From assembly GCA_965263355.1 (NCBI GenBank), contig CBDHHL010000032.1:3488001-3552000 (forward strand): a DNA stretch of 64,000 bases. Reading direction: 5' to 3'. A model generated the notes under the pieces. That model was not told the origin of the DNA. It ran no database searches and saw only the letters and a list, made by a program, of their open reading frames with translations. Position numbers and translations under genes: made by a program. Of this stretch, positions 38,371 through 48,176 are shown piece after piece. The DNA is from Leptolyngbyaceae cyanobacterium (GTDB lineage: Bacteria; Cyanobacteriota; Cyanobacteriia; Phormidesmidales; Phormidesmidaceae). Within the stretch, counting starts at the first letter, position 1; the number at the start of each line of letters is the position of its first letter.

Positions 38371-40857
38371 TTAGTAGATGCTGAGTTGGCTTCGGCTTCG
38401 CTCAGGCAACGTGTTTGCCGCGGGCTGAGCATAATCGAAATCTACGCCGTTGAGTAAGTCTTGAACATTGAGGTCGATTAGTTCATCCTCTGCGACTACT
38501 TCGAATGCTTGCCTGCCCTTGCTTTCTCGAACTAATAGATCTTTGTAACTGACTGTGATGTTGGGATAGCCAGGAACAGGAACTAGTTCTTTTGGGGTGA
38601 ACTTGAAGTTGCTGTGGATGCGGTCAAAGTCAGACCGGATAATAGCCAGTAAGCGACGGCGACTGGTTATTGGCCCTTTGACATTAATACTGACAGATTT
38701 TTCCTGGGGGTCAGCTTTGATCAGGGCTTGATTGCCTTCGAAATTGAGAATTACACCAGTACGCCAGCGGAGTTGATGATTGCTCAGCACATTAGTACGT
38801 ACGATAAATCGAGGAAGCAAGCCTTCTGGCAAAATTGGGTACTCATAGTGAAAATTGAGACATTCGGCAGGTTCAAACTGAGACGCTTCCTCAGGTTGTT
38901 GTTTGTCGAGTAAATCTGGAATGAGATAGCACTTTTCATCATCTTGAAAAGGAAAACATAGCTCGAATTTGCGCATTAGGCCTAGCAAGAAATCGTGACG
39001 TTCTTGTGGGTAGTCTTTGGGATCTAATAGTCTGTTAAGACAGTCAATGTTTAGTTCACCGTTAGCTTCGGTGAGGTCATGATCATTGAGTAGGGTATAA
39101 ATGCCGTTAGTAACCCAGTGAGGATTGAGAACGTGGGTATCGCGAAGACGGCTATCGTCTTTATAGTTAAGGGCGATGCCAAGGCTGTGGAGGTGAACGG
39201 CTAAGGAATCTTGCGCACTTGATTCAGGTTCACCATCTGCCTGACAAAGTTCTCGGTACTTTTCAAATGAAATATAGTTTTCAGCCATCTCTGACAGGTG
39301 TTTTTTGATTTCAAACCAACTGCCTGGGAATGGATCTCGTAAGTGTTCAAGTCGATCGGTTTCTCTTTCAATAGCTGCTTGTAAAGTATCGATACCAACT
39401 TCAGTTTTACAGTCAGTTTGGATGAACTCACGAATATTAGGAAACTTTTGCTGCAGGGCGCGACGATTAACGTCAAAGGGATGTTCTGCAACTTTGTTGA
39501 GGATAATAATGACTGGTGAATCGCCTCCAAAGCTTTGGATAAGTTCCAGCCAGTATTCGGCATCGGCGTCTTCATGGCCTTGACGACCGTTGAGCACTAG
39601 CAGGTAAAGACTACGTTCGGTGAGAAAGAACTGATGGGTGGAGTGCATGATCTCTTGACCCCCAAAGTCCCACACATGTAGGGTGATATCTTCATCTTGG
39701 TTGAGTTGAAACGGCCACTGGGTAATGTTGATGCCTTCAGTTTTCTTGGAGTCTGGATCAAATATGTTGTAAATTAGACGATTCACCAGAGAGGTTTTAC
39801 CAACATTGCCAAAACCAACAAGAATGAGTTTAGCTTCGTTTAGGGATTGGCGATCAGTCTGTATTCGGAAGTAATAGTTGAGAATATCGGCTGGTTTAGC
39901 AGGTATTGTACCAGATTTAACTTCCTGCCAAGTCGGGCCAAGAATTTCTGTGGAAATTGCTAATTGCTGATTTTCATGGAGGTAAAGTTCTGCAAGATTG
40001 TGGAGCTGGCCAAGGGCTTTGGGTAGTGATATGAGTTGGTTGTGGTTAAGGTAAAGTTCTGTAAGATTGTGGAGTTCCTTAAACTCACTAGGGATTGAGA
40101 TAAGGTTGTTGTTGAAAAGACCAAGGTATTGAAGGTTAGTAAGGTGGCTCAATTCTTTTGGGATTGAGGTAAGTTGATTATGAGAGAGGTGAAGATCTAT
40201 GAGGCTATTGAGCTGTCCTAATTCTTTCGGGATTGAGGTGAGTCGGTTTTTGTAAAGGCGTAGGGATGTGAGGCTATTGAGTTGTCCGAGTTCTTTCGGG
40301 ATTGAGGTGAGTTGATTGCGAGAGAGATAAAGTCCCCTCAGGCTGTTGAGCTGGCCTAGTTGTTGGGGCACTGAAGCGAGTTGATTTCCGGAGAGGTAAA
40401 GTACTCTCAATTGTCTGAGCTGTCCTAGTTCTTTTGGGATTGAGGTGAGTTGATTTTCGGAGAGGTAAAGTTCTGTCAGATTGTTGAGTTGATTCAGGTC
40501 TTTTGGGACTGAGGTGAGTTCTAACCCTGATAGATCCAGTTCAGTTACTTCATTTTTAATAGCTTCTTGGATTCGTTGTTGGAACTCAGCTATCTTGTCA
40601 TCGTTGGAGCTGTCTTCAGCCTCAATAATTTCTTCGGGGGACACTGCTAACACCTGAGCAATGGAAACAAGGCTTGCCCCACTCACCCGCTTATCCCGCT
40701 CCGGGTGAAACAACCGGCTCACCGTGTCCGCACTCACGCCAGCCTGCTTAGCAATGGCTACAAAGCTCAGGTTCAGTTCAGCTTTAGTAGCTTCTAGCTT
40801 TTGCAATCCTTTAGGGCTGGCCAGAAAACCGCGCGATTTTGACGACATAGGAGGCAT
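38371..40857 (-). CDS. Roco protein: Xre-like HTH + LRR + Roc GTPase + COR; C-terminus derived from a repeat
   Basis: SFVAIAKQAGVSADTVSRLF HTH; about nine 23-aa LRRs; GFGNVGKT, WDFGGQE, NKV; COR motifs VLNPHWVTNGIY and LPEGLLPRFIVR. Confidence 0.9.
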   Translation of the reverse strand: MPPMSSKSRGFLASPKGLQKLEATKAELNLSFVAIAKQAGVSADTVSRLFHPERDKRVSGASLVSIAQVLAVSPEEIIEAEDSSNDDKIAEFQQRIQEAIKNEVTELDLSGLELTSVPKDLNQLNNLTELYLSENQLTSIPKELGQLRQLRVLYLSGNQLASVPQQLGQLNSLRGLYLSRNQLTSIPKELGQLNSLTSLRLYKNRLTSIPKELGQLNSLIDLHLSHNQLTSIPKELSHLTNLQYLGLFNNNLISIPSEFKELHNLTELYLNHNQLISLPKALGQLHNLAELYLHENQQLAISTEILGPTWQEVKSGTIPAKPADILNYYFRIQTDRQSLNEAKLILVGFGNVGKTSLVNRLIYNIFDPDSKKTEGINITQWPFQLNQDEDITLHVWDFGGQEIMHSTHQFFLTERSLYLLVLNGRQGHEDADAEYWLELIQSFGGDSPVIIILNKVAEHPFDVNRRALQQKFPNIREFIQTDCKTEVGIDTLQAAIERETDRLEHLRDPFPGSWFEIKKHLSEMAENYISFEKYRELCQADGEPESSAQDSLAVHLHSLGIALNYKDDSRLRDTHVLNPHWVTNGIYTLLNDHDLTEANGELNIDCLNRLLDPKDYPQERHDFLLGLMRKFELCFPFQDDEKCYLIPDLLDKQQPEEASQFEPAECLNFHYEYPILPEGLLPRFIVRTNVLSNHQLRWRTGVILNFEGNQALIKADPQEKSVSINVKGPITSRRRLLAIIRSDFDRIHSNFKFTPKELVPVPGYPNITVSYKDLLVRESKGRQAFEVVAEDELIDLNVQDLLNGVDFDYAQPAANTLPERSRSQLSIY
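38388..38442. repeat. REP-like inverted pair in the last codons of the Roco gene
   Basis: CTTCGGCTTCGCTCAGGCAACG...GGCTGAGCATAATCGAA. Confidence 0.65.
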
Positions 40858-40954
40858 TTGGTCGATATTGTTACTAAGGTAATCGGTGTAACCTTGGCCT
40901 GCCAGGAATCCCTAAAATTTTAATGGGCAATGCGTGGTGCAAATCCTACAATTC

Positions 40955-41830
40955 CTAACATTGCTCACCAAACTTTTGCCACTGCTCCGGTGGCGGCAAT
41001 AAAAACTCATAGGACCCTGCTGCACTCCCTGGCTTCGCCGTCAGCACAATATCAAACGACAGCGAAATCCGTTCTTCCTCTGTATGATTGATCGTCACCC
41101 CATGGCGCTGCTTCGACGGAAACAAAATCAATCGCCCCTCCACAGGCACATATATCGCCTGATCCTGATTCAGCTTGTTCCAATCCACAATAATGTTCGT
41201 ATTCTCACTCCCTAACCCAGGGCTTACTTCATTGGGGCGAGCATCATCAAACAACACCAGACTGCCCGCCTCATCACTCCCCGAGTTAGGTACTGATACA
41301 TAATACACAGCACTCACGTGAGACGTATTATGACAGTGGGAGCCCACTTCCTGATGATGACGAGAAATAACAGGCCATGCCCGCTGAATATAGAGATCGA
41401 TTTGATTGAGATCCAGTCCCAGCGCTTTCAAATACCTCTGCACATGACTTTCCACCTGGCTAACGATCCAAGTAAACCGAGGATCAGTGTGGATCTGTTC
41501 TGCACCATGCAGGTCTCCTGTCCAAGCCATTTCAGGAAACGCTCGCCGTTCATAACCGTCACGTTCCAACTGCAACGTCGCATCCATCAGCTGCTTTTTG
41601 TGGGCTGTGGCCTCTGGTAAGTCTTCGTAGTAAACGGCGAGGGGAAACCAGGTATCAACAGGCATGTTTGGGACTTGGAGGGTAAAGGTATCGGCATTGA
41701 GTAACTTATCAGCCTTCAGCGTTGGCCGGAGGGTTGAAAGTGTGGACATAGGGGAAATTGCCTCCTCGCTGGTGAGTGCTGGAGGAATTGCATTGGCAAG
41801 TTGTTGCTTGAGGGTGGAGAAGGGAATCAA
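40955..41830 (-). CDS. putative 2OG-Fe(II) oxygenase (TIGR02466-like)
   Basis: HCH...SAVYYV, LILFPSKQRHGV, RISLSF. Confidence 0.8.
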   Translation of the reverse strand: MIPFSTLKQQLANAIPPALTSEEAISPMSTLSTLRPTLKADKLLNADTFTLQVPNMPVDTWFPLAVYYEDLPEATAHKKQLMDATLQLERDGYERRAFPEMAWTGDLHGAEQIHTDPRFTWIVSQVESHVQRYLKALGLDLNQIDLYIQRAWPVISRHHQEVGSHCHNTSHVSAVYYVSVPNSGSDEAGSLVLFDDARPNEVSPGLGSENTNIIVDWNKLNQDQAIYVPVEGRLILFPSKQRHGVTINHTEEERISLSFDIVLTAKPGSAAGSYEFLLPPPEQWQKFGEQC

Positions 41831-41842
41831 GAATCAAATTTT

Positions 41843-43381
41843 TTATTGATTAATACGGACTAGCCGAATCTCTGTACGTTGATTTTGAGGATCGTTCGCG
41901 GGGATACCGGATAAGGGTTCGCTAAAGCCTTTGCCTTCAGCAACAATATTGTGATTCACAGATTGGCCTTTTAAGTACTGCACTACTGATTCAGCCCGTT
42001 GCTGGCTGAGGCGCTGGTTGATATCGGCACTGCCGGTTTGAGAGGTATGGCCAATGACTCGAATGGCAATGGTTTCAGTACTAAATTCGTTGATCTCGGC
42101 GGCAAGTTTGCCCAGGGTTTGTTGGCCTTCGGTTGCGATCGCAGCCGATCCCGTCCCAAACTTCACCTCGCCACGCACTTGCAAGTCCCCAATGGGCTGA
42201 GACTGTTGAATCGCCTCTGGTGTGAGCTGTGCCTGGGGCTGGGCTACATTCGATTCCCCGGTCAAAAACTTGGCCAGTTCCGGATCATCCGCCTGCACCA
42301 GCTGAATCAACGATTGAGTATTAGCAACCGCTTCCGCAATAAAGCGATCGCTATAGAGATCATTCGCCTGGGGCACCTGAGATAGTTGACCGGACAGCAC
42401 CAGAATAGCCGCAGTGGCATCAATCCGTTTAGCCAGGGTGCCATCCCCCATCCAGCGTCCAGCCTCTACGGAGGTAAAGAAATCAATCCCATTAATGACT
42501 GCATCGGCCTGGGGGGCAGACAGATTGCCATCGGTTTGAATTAGAGCTTTTAACTGGCTATTGTCTCGGGCTGCCTGGTCCATCCGACGGTAGTAGGCCG
42601 ATAGAAAATCCGTCAGCTTTTCTTCGTCTTGCTGGATTAAGGCATCGGAGGCCACGATCACATCCAAAATGGCATTGGGGGCATCTTGGCTAGAAAGCAA
42701 GACCGTATAGCCTTGGCCACGGGCCTGACTGACAAACGGTTCCCAAAGCACAGCCACTGCAATATTTTGATTAGGATCGCCCAGGGCTTGCCAAGCTTCT
42801 GACGCTTCTGCCACCTTTAATTGGTTAAAGTCAGACAGATTAAAGCCATCAAAGCGAATATCTAACACCTGGGCTAAAAACTCGCTGGGGGTATCTACTG
42901 CATAGGCCAAACTCAGCGATTGCCCCTGAGCGACCAGCTGACTGAGATCGTTGAGGGATTTTAGGGCTGGATATTTTAGGGTATTAAGTACGACAGCATC
43001 TGCACCGACGGTACGGTCAATCAGACCAACAATCTTGCCATCTGGCTCATGCTTCAGGTACTGGTCCAGTGTGGTCACAATCAGATCAGCACTTCCGTTT
43101 TCCAGCCGGGCGGCCCGTTCTGCTTGATCAAATTCGTTCTCAAACTGTAGCGATAGGTCAGTTTGTTCTAATTCTTCGGTAAATTCTGGAGATCGAAATG
43201 TACTGTAGCCACTGAATGTATCCCCTAAAATAACTAGCTCATCCGTTTTGCCACCAATAAAGGGTAGTGGTTGTTTAGCAGATGAGAATAATTTGTCTTT
43301 GAAACTCCAAGCGCCCAATCCAACTGCAAGGGCACCCAAAATATAGACAATGGGTGGGGGTCCACCGTTACGACGTGACAC
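41843..43381 (-). CDS. membrane-anchored substrate-binding (PBP2-like)/OmpA peptidoglycan-binding fusion
   Basis: N-terminal TM; DTFSGY, IDRTVGAD, VLWEPF; C-terminal GHT...NQRLSQQRA...NQRTEI. Confidence 0.85.
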   Translation of the reverse strand: MSRRNGGPPPIVYILGALAVGLGAWSFKDKLFSSAKQPLPFIGGKTDELVILGDTFSGYSTFRSPEFTEELEQTDLSLQFENEFDQAERAARLENGSADLIVTTLDQYLKHEPDGKIVGLIDRTVGADAVVLNTLKYPALKSLNDLSQLVAQGQSLSLAYAVDTPSEFLAQVLDIRFDGFNLSDFNQLKVAEASEAWQALGDPNQNIAVAVLWEPFVSQARGQGYTVLLSSQDAPNAILDVIVASDALIQQDEEKLTDFLSAYYRRMDQAARDNSQLKALIQTDGNLSAPQADAVINGIDFFTSVEAGRWMGDGTLAKRIDATAAILVLSGQLSQVPQANDLYSDRFIAEAVANTQSLIQLVQADDPELAKFLTGESNVAQPQAQLTPEAIQQSQPIGDLQVRGEVKFGTGSAAIATEGQQTLGKLAAEINEFSTETIAIRVIGHTSQTGSADINQRLSQQRAESVVQYLKGQSVNHNIVAEGKGFSEPLSGIPANDPQNQRTEIRLVRINQ

Positions 43382-43599
43382 CTAGACTACCTCCAGTCAT
43401 TGCATAATGATCTACTACAGCCGATGTATACATTGAGCAGAATAGTAGGCAAATTCTTTGATGGCTTTATGTTAATAAATCCTGAGGTTATATGGACCAT
43501 AACGTTGGTTATGATTTCTGGTTTAAGAGGACTACCAGGTATAAACTTAAGCCAGAAAATTCAGGCAAGGACTTAATTGGAGTTAGGAATGCGCTCCCT

Positions 43600-43644
43600 T
43601 TCCAAATTCCAAATTCCGAACTCCGAACTCCGAATTCCAAACTC
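43600..43644. repeat. heptamer tandem repeat (STRR-type), about six units
   Basis: TTCCAAA TTCCAAA TTCCGAA CTCCGAA CTCCGAA TTCCAAA. Confidence 0.8.
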
Positions 43645-43719
43645 TAGCTTCCTTGGGAAAGCATCTCGCTTTGTGTTGATACCCGAACTCCCTGCTTAGG
43701 TTCTTTGAAGGAAATTACC

Positions 43720-44457
43720 TTAAGGCTCTTGGGTGGGGCGCTGTTTTTCTTTTAGTTGCTGCAGTCGCTGGGCAATTTCCTGTTGTTGGGAAATAGGATC
43801 AATGTCTGCCATGGCTTGTTCGGCTGGGTTGACTGATAGTTCGACAAAGGCCCGTTTTTCTAAATAGCGCGTATGGACCGAATTTTTGGCCGCTTCAAAC
43901 TGGGCACGGGCCGACGCCATATCTTCTTCGTTGTGGGTTTCGGCTATGGCTGTAAGGGCTTCATTCACTTCGGTTAGATTTTTAAGGGCGCGCAAATCAC
44001 TTTTGTAGCTTTCTAGGCGTGCCCGTTCCTGACGTAATTTTGCCAGGGAGGCGTTCGCTAATTTTTCTGCTTGTTCCACCTGGGCTTCTATTTTGGGTAG
44101 CAACTGCTCTAGGTGAATGGCAGTGGTGATGGCCGCTTCGGCATCGGTGTGGCGGCCTTCTTTTTCAGCGAGCATGGCTGACTTTTCTGCTCGCTTGAGG
44201 GCACCTACTTTATACAAGTAGATCTTTTTTTCCCTTTGAAAGTTGGCATATTGCTGATTGGTTGCTTCTGCAAGCTGGTTCACGGACTGCTGCATCTTTT
44301 TAAGGGAGGCTTCGGCGGTTGCGATCGCATCATCATCCAAATCAGTATCATTCTCTGGTGCGGGACTATCCTCATCGATTCCCCACAGCCAGTTCCATAC
44401 GGCCAGGGTTGCCTTACCTCCATGCTCACCCATTAACCAATAAACGGCCTTTTTCAT
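43720..44457 (-). CDS. PspA/IM30 (ESCRT-III-like) family protein
   Basis: Long coiled coil, amphipathic Trp-rich N-terminus, C-terminal EIAQRLQQLK. Confidence 0.75.
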   Translation of the reverse strand: MKKAVYWLMGEHGGKATLAVWNWLWGIDEDSPAPENDTDLDDDAIATAEASLKKMQQSVNQLAEATNQQYANFQREKKIYLYKVGALKRAEKSAMLAEKEGRHTDAEAAITTAIHLEQLLPKIEAQVEQAEKLANASLAKLRQERARLESYKSDLRALKNLTEVNEALTAIAETHNEEDMASARAQFEAAKNSVHTRYLEKRAFVELSVNPAEQAMADIDPISQQQEIAQRLQQLKEKQRPTQEP

Positions 44458-44796
44458 GTGTCGTTACAGCGGAAATAATACAGGTATAGCGGTTGCTCTA
44501 GTGATTCAGCCATTGAGTCATCCCATCGGAGCATACCCGAATTGGCGACTGCTCTTATCCTAATCAATGGGGTTAGCGCTATAAAGTTTACTTCAGACAA
44601 TTCACCTATAATTCCCTATTTTTCACGGCTAATTCCTCCCTTTTCACGGCGATCTCGATCACTCAGTTGGCTCAGGTTTATTCAGATAACGCTTACCCAA
44701 CCTTTAGAAACGGATCAACCTATACTCAGCCATGACCTGGATAGTAGTAATCGAAGCAGCGCACTGCGCGTATTCATTCACTAGGAGACTAAAACT

Positions 44797-45255
44797 ATGA
44801 AAAATCTACTTTCCACTGGTCTATCTGCCCTGATGTTGACCGCTGTTGTTGTTCCCGTTGCAGAAACTATCAGCGTTACCGATGCTCTAGCGGCTCAGCC
44901 CAGTATTACCCGAGCAGCTAAAGCATTATTGGCATCTGGTCAGTTCGTTACCGTTGACCAAGCCAAGGCCACCACTGGCACGGCCCGCATTGTTGAAAAA
45001 GACGGCCAGCGCATCCTTGAATTTGATGGTGCTTTTGATACAGCCCGTGGTCCTGATGTGCGAGTTGTGCTCTACAAAGGGGATTCTGTTCCCGTGAGCA
45101 TAGATGAGAGTGACTACGTTGTTATTGGCGACTTAAAGAGTTTTGAAGGGTCCCAGGGCTATGTTTTACCTGCTGACCTCAACCTGGATGACTACGGCTC
45201 CGTCGCCATCTGGTGCGCAGAATTCAACGTCACCTTTGGTTACGCTGATATTTAA
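44797..45255 (+). CDS. secreted DM13 domain protein
   Basis: Signal peptide; TTGTA, GPDVRVVL, LKSFEGSQGY, SVAIWCAEFNVTFG; AGGAG RBS. Confidence 0.9.
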   Translation: MKNLLSTGLSALMLTAVVVPVAETISVTDALAAQPSITRAAKALLASGQFVTVDQAKATTGTARIVEKDGQRILEFDGAFDTARGPDVRVVLYKGDSVPVSIDESDYVVIGDLKSFEGSQGYVLPADLNLDDYGSVAIWCAEFNVTFGYADI

Positions 45256-45296
45256 GGCTGATATCCAAATATTAGAGTTTTTGGCATAAGTCTTCA

Positions 45297-45872
45297 CTAA
45301 GGTACTGTCAGGCTTATGCCAAATTCGGCTTCTAATGCTGTGACGTAGCTCAGATTGGTGATCTCTGCTTGTAAGTGCTCAATAAAACCAGGTAAGTCAT
45401 CCTTGAAAAAGCGCGCTCTATCGGCCTTGGTGCGTTTAATGTGTCGAGCCCTAGATTCAGCTACATTGGGATGGTTTAGCCTTAAAAAGTCGATCAAATT
45501 TTTAGCTTCTCGATCACCAGGGTCTACGGGTTCAAACTGACCATAGGCATAATGAATCCGCTTTGACACATCAGAGCCATGAGGACATAGTATCGGCAGA
45601 TAGTTCTCAATTTTTCTTGGTTTGTTCATGTTCACACTGTGGTGAACGGCATACCAGTTCCAATAATCGTCGTTTGTTGTGCCCTTTTTGCGTGGGTCAA
45701 AATGCTCAATATCACAAGCATCCATGGGGTCAACGTAGCGTTCACTATAGGCACAAAACCCCTTTTGCTCATGTAAAAGCTCAGTCCGTATTTTGGGGCG
45801 ATGAGTAGTTGTATCGTACTTCCAAGCTTCCTGGATAACTTTTGAGTCTTTACGTTTCCTCAGATATCTCAT
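45297..45872 (-). CDS. HNH endonuclease-like protein (PtuB/TIGR02646-like)
   Basis: LLHEQKGFCAYSE...IEHFDP...NWYAV...N..K; overlaps the ATPase stop. Confidence 0.75.
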   Translation of the reverse strand: MRYLRKRKDSKVIQEAWKYDTTTHRPKIRTELLHEQKGFCAYSERYVDPMDACDIEHFDPRKKGTTNDDYWNWYAVHHSVNMNKPRKIENYLPILCPHGSDVSKRIHYAYGQFEPVDPGDREAKNLIDFLRLNHPNVAESRARHIKRTKADRARFFKDDLPGFIEHLQAEITNLSYVTALEAEFGISLTVP

Positions 45873-47250
45873 GCTCGGCAAAATTGTAAGTATTTCCAAT
45901 GCGCGCGTACTCAGCTAATCGTTCCCGTTTTTCTTGGGGGTCTTGAATACTGGGAATAGTGCGGCGTAATTCCAAATATCTTTTCCACTGTTTGAGTCCT
46001 TCTTTGCCGTAGAGACTACGTACAACAAAGTCATTTACTAATAAGTCATTAGGATCATCCCCTTCTGGGGAAATTCCCCGCCGACAGGTAACGTAGTGTT
46101 CATCATCAAATTCTAAAATTATGCGCTCTTCAGGCTTAAATTGGGCTGCAATAATTGGACTCTGTGTTGCTACAAAAAACTGGGTGTTTTGAATGATTGA
46201 TTGGTATCTTTCAATAATGTCATAAAGTAAATCTGGAAATAAACTTGCTTCTGGTTCATCTAGCAATAAAAAACCACGATAAATTTCTCGGTTAAAGTAC
46301 AAACTGTAAATATGTCCCAGGCGAAATATGAAATTACGAATGCCTGTACTTAATGCGTTATAGGATATTTGATGACCTGATCTAACTGATTTAATATATG
46401 CCTGTAGGTTTTCCGTGGTTTGTACTGGAATTACTGCATTATCTATATCAAATGCTAGGCCAGCAGTTCCTAAGATTAAATCCCATTGCTTAGCGAGTTC
46501 AGTTAAAATCTCTGGGTGAGTAGCATTAAATTTTTGTTTTGCATCTAAAACAGTCAGATTCTGTACGTCTTTATTACTAAAGAAAAGTAACTCGTCTCGC
46601 TCTCGCTTTTTAATTTGGTAGATGAGCACATTCCAGAAGTCTTCGACTTGATCGTAAGACGATATATAAAATGCTTTGAAGTCATTGAAAAAAATTAATG
46701 CTTTATCTAGGCTGGTTTCGGGCAGTCCAGCGGGTAAATGACTCCTACCATCTGGTGTGGCATAAATTGCTAAATCTGATGCATTGGCCTTTAGCTTAAT
46801 TTGCGCTAATAGTTGTTCTTGATCGGATACTCGAAAGCTAAATATTTTATTTTTTGCTGAAGCTATTTTTAGATCATTGGATGCATTCCAAAAACTTAAC
46901 CAATCTTCCTGATTAGTTAATACATCTGAAAGAATAACTGGATTATGGAAATGATGTTTCAAAATCCAGAATCTTTGGTGATGTAATTGGATGTGTATTG
47001 AGATCGCACTAAGCGATGAAACTATTTGATTGAGCTTTGGAGATTGTTTTTCAAGCCAAGTAGGTTGGCTATTTTGTAAAAATGAGCTGATTAGATTCAG
47101 GATACTAGACTTACCTGTCCCATTTGCTCCAATCAAACAGACCTGCTCTAAAGCTTGATCGCTATCTGGTTCGGTTAAATCTAAATAGAAGTCTTTAAAC
47201 TGACGGTAGTTTTTAATGCGTAGACCAAGAATTTTCAGCCGTTGAGTCAT
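45850..47250 (-). CDS. ABC/AAA_21-type ATPase (PtuA-like)
   Basis: GANGTGKS, LSTG, LLLDEPE, ATQSP. Confidence 0.85.
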   Translation of the reverse strand: MTQRLKILGLRIKNYRQFKDFYLDLTEPDSDQALEQVCLIGANGTGKSSILNLISSFLQNSQPTWLEKQSPKLNQIVSSLSAISIHIQLHHQRFWILKHHFHNPVILSDVLTNQEDWLSFWNASNDLKIASAKNKIFSFRVSDQEQLLAQIKLKANASDLAIYATPDGRSHLPAGLPETSLDKALIFFNDFKAFYISSYDQVEDFWNVLIYQIKKRERDELLFFSNKDVQNLTVLDAKQKFNATHPEILTELAKQWDLILGTAGLAFDIDNAVIPVQTTENLQAYIKSVRSGHQISYNALSTGIRNFIFRLGHIYSLYFNREIYRGFLLLDEPEASLFPDLLYDIIERYQSIIQNTQFFVATQSPIIAAQFKPEERIILEFDDEHYVTCRRGISPEGDDPNDLLVNDFVVRSLYGKEGLKQWKRYLELRRTIPSIQDPQEKRERLAEYARIGNTYNFAEHEISEET

Positions 47251-47270
47251 TGTTGGACTCCTTCCCCAGA

Positions 47271-48122
47271 CTACTCAAACTCTGGTAAATCTAATGGCTT
47301 TTGCGGTTGCACTTCTATCGTAGGGGGCTGAGCCTGAACCAAGTCTGGCTCCGGTAAATCTAGTTGCTTTTGCTTTTGAACTTCTACCGCAGGGGCCTGG
47401 GCAGGCATCAATTCCTTCTGACGCTCTTCTAGTTTCAGCGGTAGCTTGACCTTCTGAGGTTTCTTAGCTTGTTTAACCTTCGGTAGGCTGCGTTCCAAAT
47501 CATTCAGCGGTCGAGGGATGACCATCACAGCACTCAGCTCGCCGATGCGCTCAGCTTCGTGCATACCTGCTTCGACAGCAATGGCCACATTCGACAGCGA
47601 CCCACGGATCAAAATTGTGCATAACCCTTCCCCAATGGTTTCATGGGAAATAAGCTCGACCTCAGCCGATTTAGTCATGGCATCGGCGGCCCCTACCATG
47701 GCCGGAAAACCTCGCGTTTCCAATAACCCAATGGCACCACTGCTCATCTGGGTTTCACCAACACCTTCCAACTCACTCAATCGCGGCAAGATAGGCAATA
47801 CCTTTTCCATGTCAGCCATGGGTCTGGGAATCAGCGATGACGATACCAACTGGCCAAACTGTTTAGCGGTTTCTACCCCTGCATGAACCGCCATGCGCAC
47901 ATCGGCCACACCACCCCGAACAATGGCACTACACTGACCACCACCAGTTTTTTCGTAGCCGACTAAATAAACATCAGATGACTTGATCATGGCGTCAGCG
48001 ACACCGATGATGGCTGGAAAACTTGTTGTTGACACCACCCCCAACGCAGAATCTTTTACCCGTCTCAGTAATGACCTGGCTTTATCAGTTGAACTAGCTA
48101 GCATGGAGGAATCTACTGGCAT
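47271..48122 (-). CDS. ccmO: carboxysome tandem-BMC shell protein
   Basis: Two BMC domains (ALGVVSTTSFPA..., AIGLLETRGFPA...), Pro-rich tail. Confidence 0.92.
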   Translation of the reverse strand: MPVDSSMLASSTDKARSLLRRVKDSALGVVSTTSFPAIIGVADAMIKSSDVYLVGYEKTGGGQCSAIVRGGVADVRMAVHAGVETAKQFGQLVSSSLIPRPMADMEKVLPILPRLSELEGVGETQMSSGAIGLLETRGFPAMVGAADAMTKSAEVELISHETIGEGLCTILIRGSLSNVAIAVEAGMHEAERIGELSAVMVIPRPLNDLERSLPKVKQAKKPQKVKLPLKLEERQKELMPAQAPAVEVQKQKQLDLPEPDLVQAQPPTIEVQPQKPLDLPEFE

Positions 48123-48176
48123 CGTCAGTCTCAAGTAGCGTTAGGGAGCCCTTGGGTGCTTATGGTGGTTTGGTGT

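Noticed and set aside
39960..40540. 69-bp periodic repeats
   Set aside because: Coding LRR units of the Roco gene, not a CRISPR array
43600..43644. Tandem repeat as a possible CRISPR or iteron array
   Set aside because: 7-bp units without spacers; ordinary cyanobacterial STRR
44518..44541. TCATCC...CGAA as a SigK-type promoter for the DM13 gene
   Set aside because: Spacer looks short and the site is about 250 bp from the start; too weak without TSS data
45256..47270. Retron (Ec78-like) assignment for the ATPase+HNH pair
   Set aside because: No reverse transcriptase and no room for msr-msd next to the pair
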